Positions 60,700-64,000 of a stretch of 64,000 nt of DNA are shown one piece after another. Origin of the DNA: the human T2T-CHM13v2.0 reference genome, Homo sapiens. The DNA lies in NCBI RefSeq assembly GCF_009914755.1, contig NC_060926.1, one strand, 5' to 3'. The notes beneath the pieces were generated by a model that saw nothing but the letters and a program-made list of their open reading frames with translations, was not told the DNA's origin and did not search any database. The position numbers and the translations under genes were made by a program. Within the stretch, counting starts at the first letter, position 1; each line of letters opens with the position of its first letter.

Positions 60700-63600
60700 C
60701 TGTGCCTGATTCTCTCCTCTGTGTTGAAATGGTTCTATCTTACTGCCTTCTTGGCTTATTTGCTATTCGTCTATGCTGTGTGATTTTTGGATGATTTTAG
60801 GGTTTATGGTAGACATGGTTTTACCACACTCCACCTTTAAGTGGAGTTACACCCTTCACATAGAGTGTAAGAACCTCACACCAGTAGACTTCCATTTCTC
60901 CCTCCATGACTTTGCACACTTGGCTTGCATTGTACTTCTACATATGCTATAAACTCACAGGACAGTGTGGTATTTCTAATTTAAAGGCATCAAAATAACC
61001 TAAGAAGTATCTATATGTACCCACCTGGTGACCATTTTCAGGGCTCTCATTCCTTGTTGCAGATCCATGTTTCCATCTGGTATTATTTTCCTTCCTACTG
61101 AAAGACTGCGCATAACAGGCTTTGGAGTACAGATCTCCTGGTGATAAATTCTTTCCCTTTTTATATGTCGACAGAAATCTTCATTTGACTTCTGTTTTTG
61201 AGAGATACTTTTCCTGGGAATGGAATTCTATGGTGATTGTCTTCACCCGTTCTTGTCTATGACATATGTACACATTGACTGCTCCTCTGTCTCACTGAGT
61301 TCTTGTCTATTACACAGGTGAACATTGATTGTGCCTCTGTTTCAGTGAGTTCTTGTCTATTACACAGGTACACATTGAATACTCCTCTGTTTCAGTGAGT
61401 TCTTGTTTATTACACAGGTGCACATTGATTGCTCCTCTGTTTCAGTGAGTTCTTGTCTATTACACAGGTACACATCGATTACTCCTCTGTTTCAGTGAGT
61501 TCTTGTCTATTACACAGGTACACATTGATTACTCGTCTGTTTCAGTGAGTTCTTGTCTATTACACAGGTACACAGTGATTACTCATCTGTTTCAGTGAGT
61601 TCTTGTCTATTACAAAGGTAGACAGTGATTGCTCCTCTGTTTCAGTGAGTTCTTGTCTATTACACAGGTACACAGTGATTACTCCTCTGTTTCAGTGAGT
61701 TCTTGTCTATTACACAGGTGCACATTGATTACTCCCCTATTTCAGTGAGTTGTTGTGTGTTACACAGGTACACATTGAGTGCTGCTCTGTTTCAGTGAGT
61801 TCTTGTCTATTACACAGGTGCACATTGATTACTCCTCTGTTTCAGTGAGTTCTTGTCTGTTACACAGATACACATTGATTGCTCCTCTGTTTCAGTGAGT
61901 TCTTGTCTATTACACAGGTGCACATTGATTGCTCCTCTGTTTCAGTGAGTTCTTGTCTATTACACAGGTACACATTGATTACTCCTCTGTTTCAGTGAGT
62001 TCTTGTCTGTTACACAGGTGCACATTGATTACTCCTCTGTTTCAGTGAGTTCTTGTCTGTTACGCAGGTACACATTGATTACTCCTCTGTTTCAGTGAGT
62101 TCTTGTCTATTACACAGGTGCACATTGATTCTCCTCTGTTTCAGTGAGTTCTTGTCTTTTACACAGGTACACATTGAGTACTCCTCTGTTTCAGTGAGTT
62201 GTTGTCTATTACACAGGTGCACATTGATTGCTCCTCTGTTTCAGTGAGTTCTTATCTATTACACAGGTACACGTTGATTGCTCCTCTGTTTCAGTGAGTT
62301 CTTGTCTGTTACACAGGTACACATTGATTACTCCTCTGTTGGAGTGAGTTCTTGTCTATTACACAGGTGCACATTGATTACTCCTCTGTTTCAGTGAGTT
62401 CTTGTCTGTTACACAGGTACACATTGATTGCGCCTCTGTTTCAGTGAGTTCTTGTCTATTACACAGGTACACATTGATTACTCGTCTGTTACAGTGAGTT
62501 CTCGTCTATTACACAGGTACACAGTGATTGCGCCTCTGTTTCAGTGAGTTCTTGTCTATTACACAGGTACACAGTGATTACTCCTCTGTTTCAGTGAGTT
62601 CTTGTCTATTACACAGGTACACAGTGATTGCTCCTCTGTTTCAGTGAGTTCTTGTCTGTTACACAGGTACACATTGATTGCTCCTCTGTTTCAGTGAGTT
62701 CTTGTCTATTACGTAGGTACACATTGATTGCGCCTCTGTTTCAGTGAGTTCTTGTCTATTACACAGGTACACAGTGATTACTCCTCTGTTTCAGTGAGTT
62801 CTTGTCTATTACACAGGTACACAGTGATTACTCCTCTGTTTCAGTGAGTTCTTGTCTATTACACAGGTACACAGTGATTACTCCTCTGTTTCAGTGAGTT
62901 CTTGTCTATTAGACAGGTACACATTGATTACTCCTCTGTTTCAGTGAGTTCTTGTGTGTTACACAGGTGCACATTGATTACTCCCGTATTTTAGTGAGTT
63001 CTTGTGTATTACATAAGTGTTGTTGATTGCTCCTCTGTGTCAGTGAGTTCTTGTCTATTTCATAGGTGCACATTGATCACTCCTCTTGTCTATTACACAG
63101 TTGCATATTGATCACTCCTGTTGTCTATTACATAAGTGCACATTGATTACTCCCCTGTTTCAGTGAGTTCTTGTCTATTACTTAGGTGCTCATTGATTGC
63201 TCCTCTCTATGAGTGTTTCTGGCTTGCATTTTTCCTGATGAGAAGCATACTGGCATTCTTTTGTTTCCCCCTCTGCATCTCCTGTGTCTTCTCTCTGGCT
63301 GAGTTGAAGATTTCCTCTTTTCTCTAGTTTTAAGCAATTTTTAGTTTTCTTCATGTTCCTTATGCTTGCAACCCACGGAATTTCTTACATCTATGGGTTT
63401 GGAGTTTTCATCGAATTTGGAAAAAGTTTGGCCACGATTTCTTCTCACCTTTTTTCTATCTGCCTTTCTGAGTCCTCTTTCTGAGGGTCTCTAGTTACAT
63501 GTTTATTAGGCTCCATGAGGGTTCCCCACAGCCCAGTGATGCCCTGTGTCTATTTTGAATCCTTTGTCTTTCTGTGTCTCATGCTGTATCTTCAGGTTTC

Positions 63601-63810
63601 CCAAATCTTCCTTTCCACAATGGCTAATCTGCTCTTCGTCCCATCCAGTGCAATCTTCATCTCAGACATTGTGGTTTTTACATCTAGAAGTTCAATTTTT
63701 ATCCCTTCTATGTCCTCCATGTCTCTGCTTAGCATATTCAATCTTTCCTTTAGCTTCTTGAATATATGGAACACAGTTCTCATAGCCTCTCATGTCCTTG
63801 TCTAGTCATT
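60700..63810 (-). mobile_element. Old L1M (ORF1 region) split by the VNTR
   Basis: 'ggaattctatggtgattg' before and 'ttctggcttgcatttttcctgatgagaag' after the array are adjacent L1 text; ORF 63592-63783 (IELLDVKTTMSEMKIALDGTKSRL) is ORF1p-like. Confidence 0.8.
61250..63208. repeat. Minisatellite/VNTR, 50-bp unit, ~37 full copies plus partial edge units
   Basis: Consensus ACTCCTCTGTTTCAGTGAGTTCTTGTCTATTACACAGGTACACATTGATT; 1-bp deletion at ~62131; degenerate ends. Confidence 0.98.
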
Positions 63811-63817
63811 ACATAAT

Positions 63818-63958
63818 TTTTCTTTCTTTCTTCGTTCTTTCTTTCTTTGCTTTCTTTCTCTTTCTTTCTCTCTTTCTTTCTTCTTTCTCTTTCCCTCCCT
63901 CCCTCTCTTTCTTTCTTTCTTCTTTCTTTCTCTCTCTCTTCCCTTCTCTTCCCTTTTC

Positions 63959-63998
<40 letters not shown>

Positions 63999-64000
63999 TC
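63818..64000. repeat. (CTTT)n simple repeat running off the window edge
   Basis: Seen directly. Confidence 0.95.

Noticed and set aside
61250-63208. CRISPR-like array
   Set aside because: Units are contiguous with no unique spacers, there are no cas genes, and the context is primate DNA; it is a minisatellite.

Overview
Primate, almost certainly human, non-coding DNA. The human call rests on a young L1 carrying the human-specific Ta-1 diagnostic bases. I recognise no intact protein-coding gene, rRNA, tRNA or CRISPR array. About half the window is interspersed repeats: old L1M-type LINEs, L2, MIR, about 14 Alu copies or fragments, MaLR/ERV LTRs and hAT/Tc1-mariner MITEs. The long ORFs in the track are L1 ORF2 remnants, Alu read-throughs or dinucleotide-repeat artefacts. 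Most notable items: (1) a 5'-inverted (twin-primed) L1HS Ta-1 insertion with target-site duplication (TSD) at 11736-13092, likely polymorphic; (2) a ~2 kb VNTR of 50-bp units at 61250-63208 inside an old L1; (3) a solo LTR12 (ERV9) with intact NF-Y/GATA/TATA-like promoter facing left at 16437-17470; (4) an RPL5 processed-pseudogene fragment nested in an old L1; (5) a young AluYc-like half-element nested antisense in an AluJ; (6) a candidate RFX/NF-Y/CTCF promoter at ~14.5 kb; (7) several small templated-duplication scars. I found no convincing undescribed biological system. Repeat subfamily names come from recalled consensus sequences, boundaries of old repeats are approximate, and regulatory or exon hypotheses are inference.
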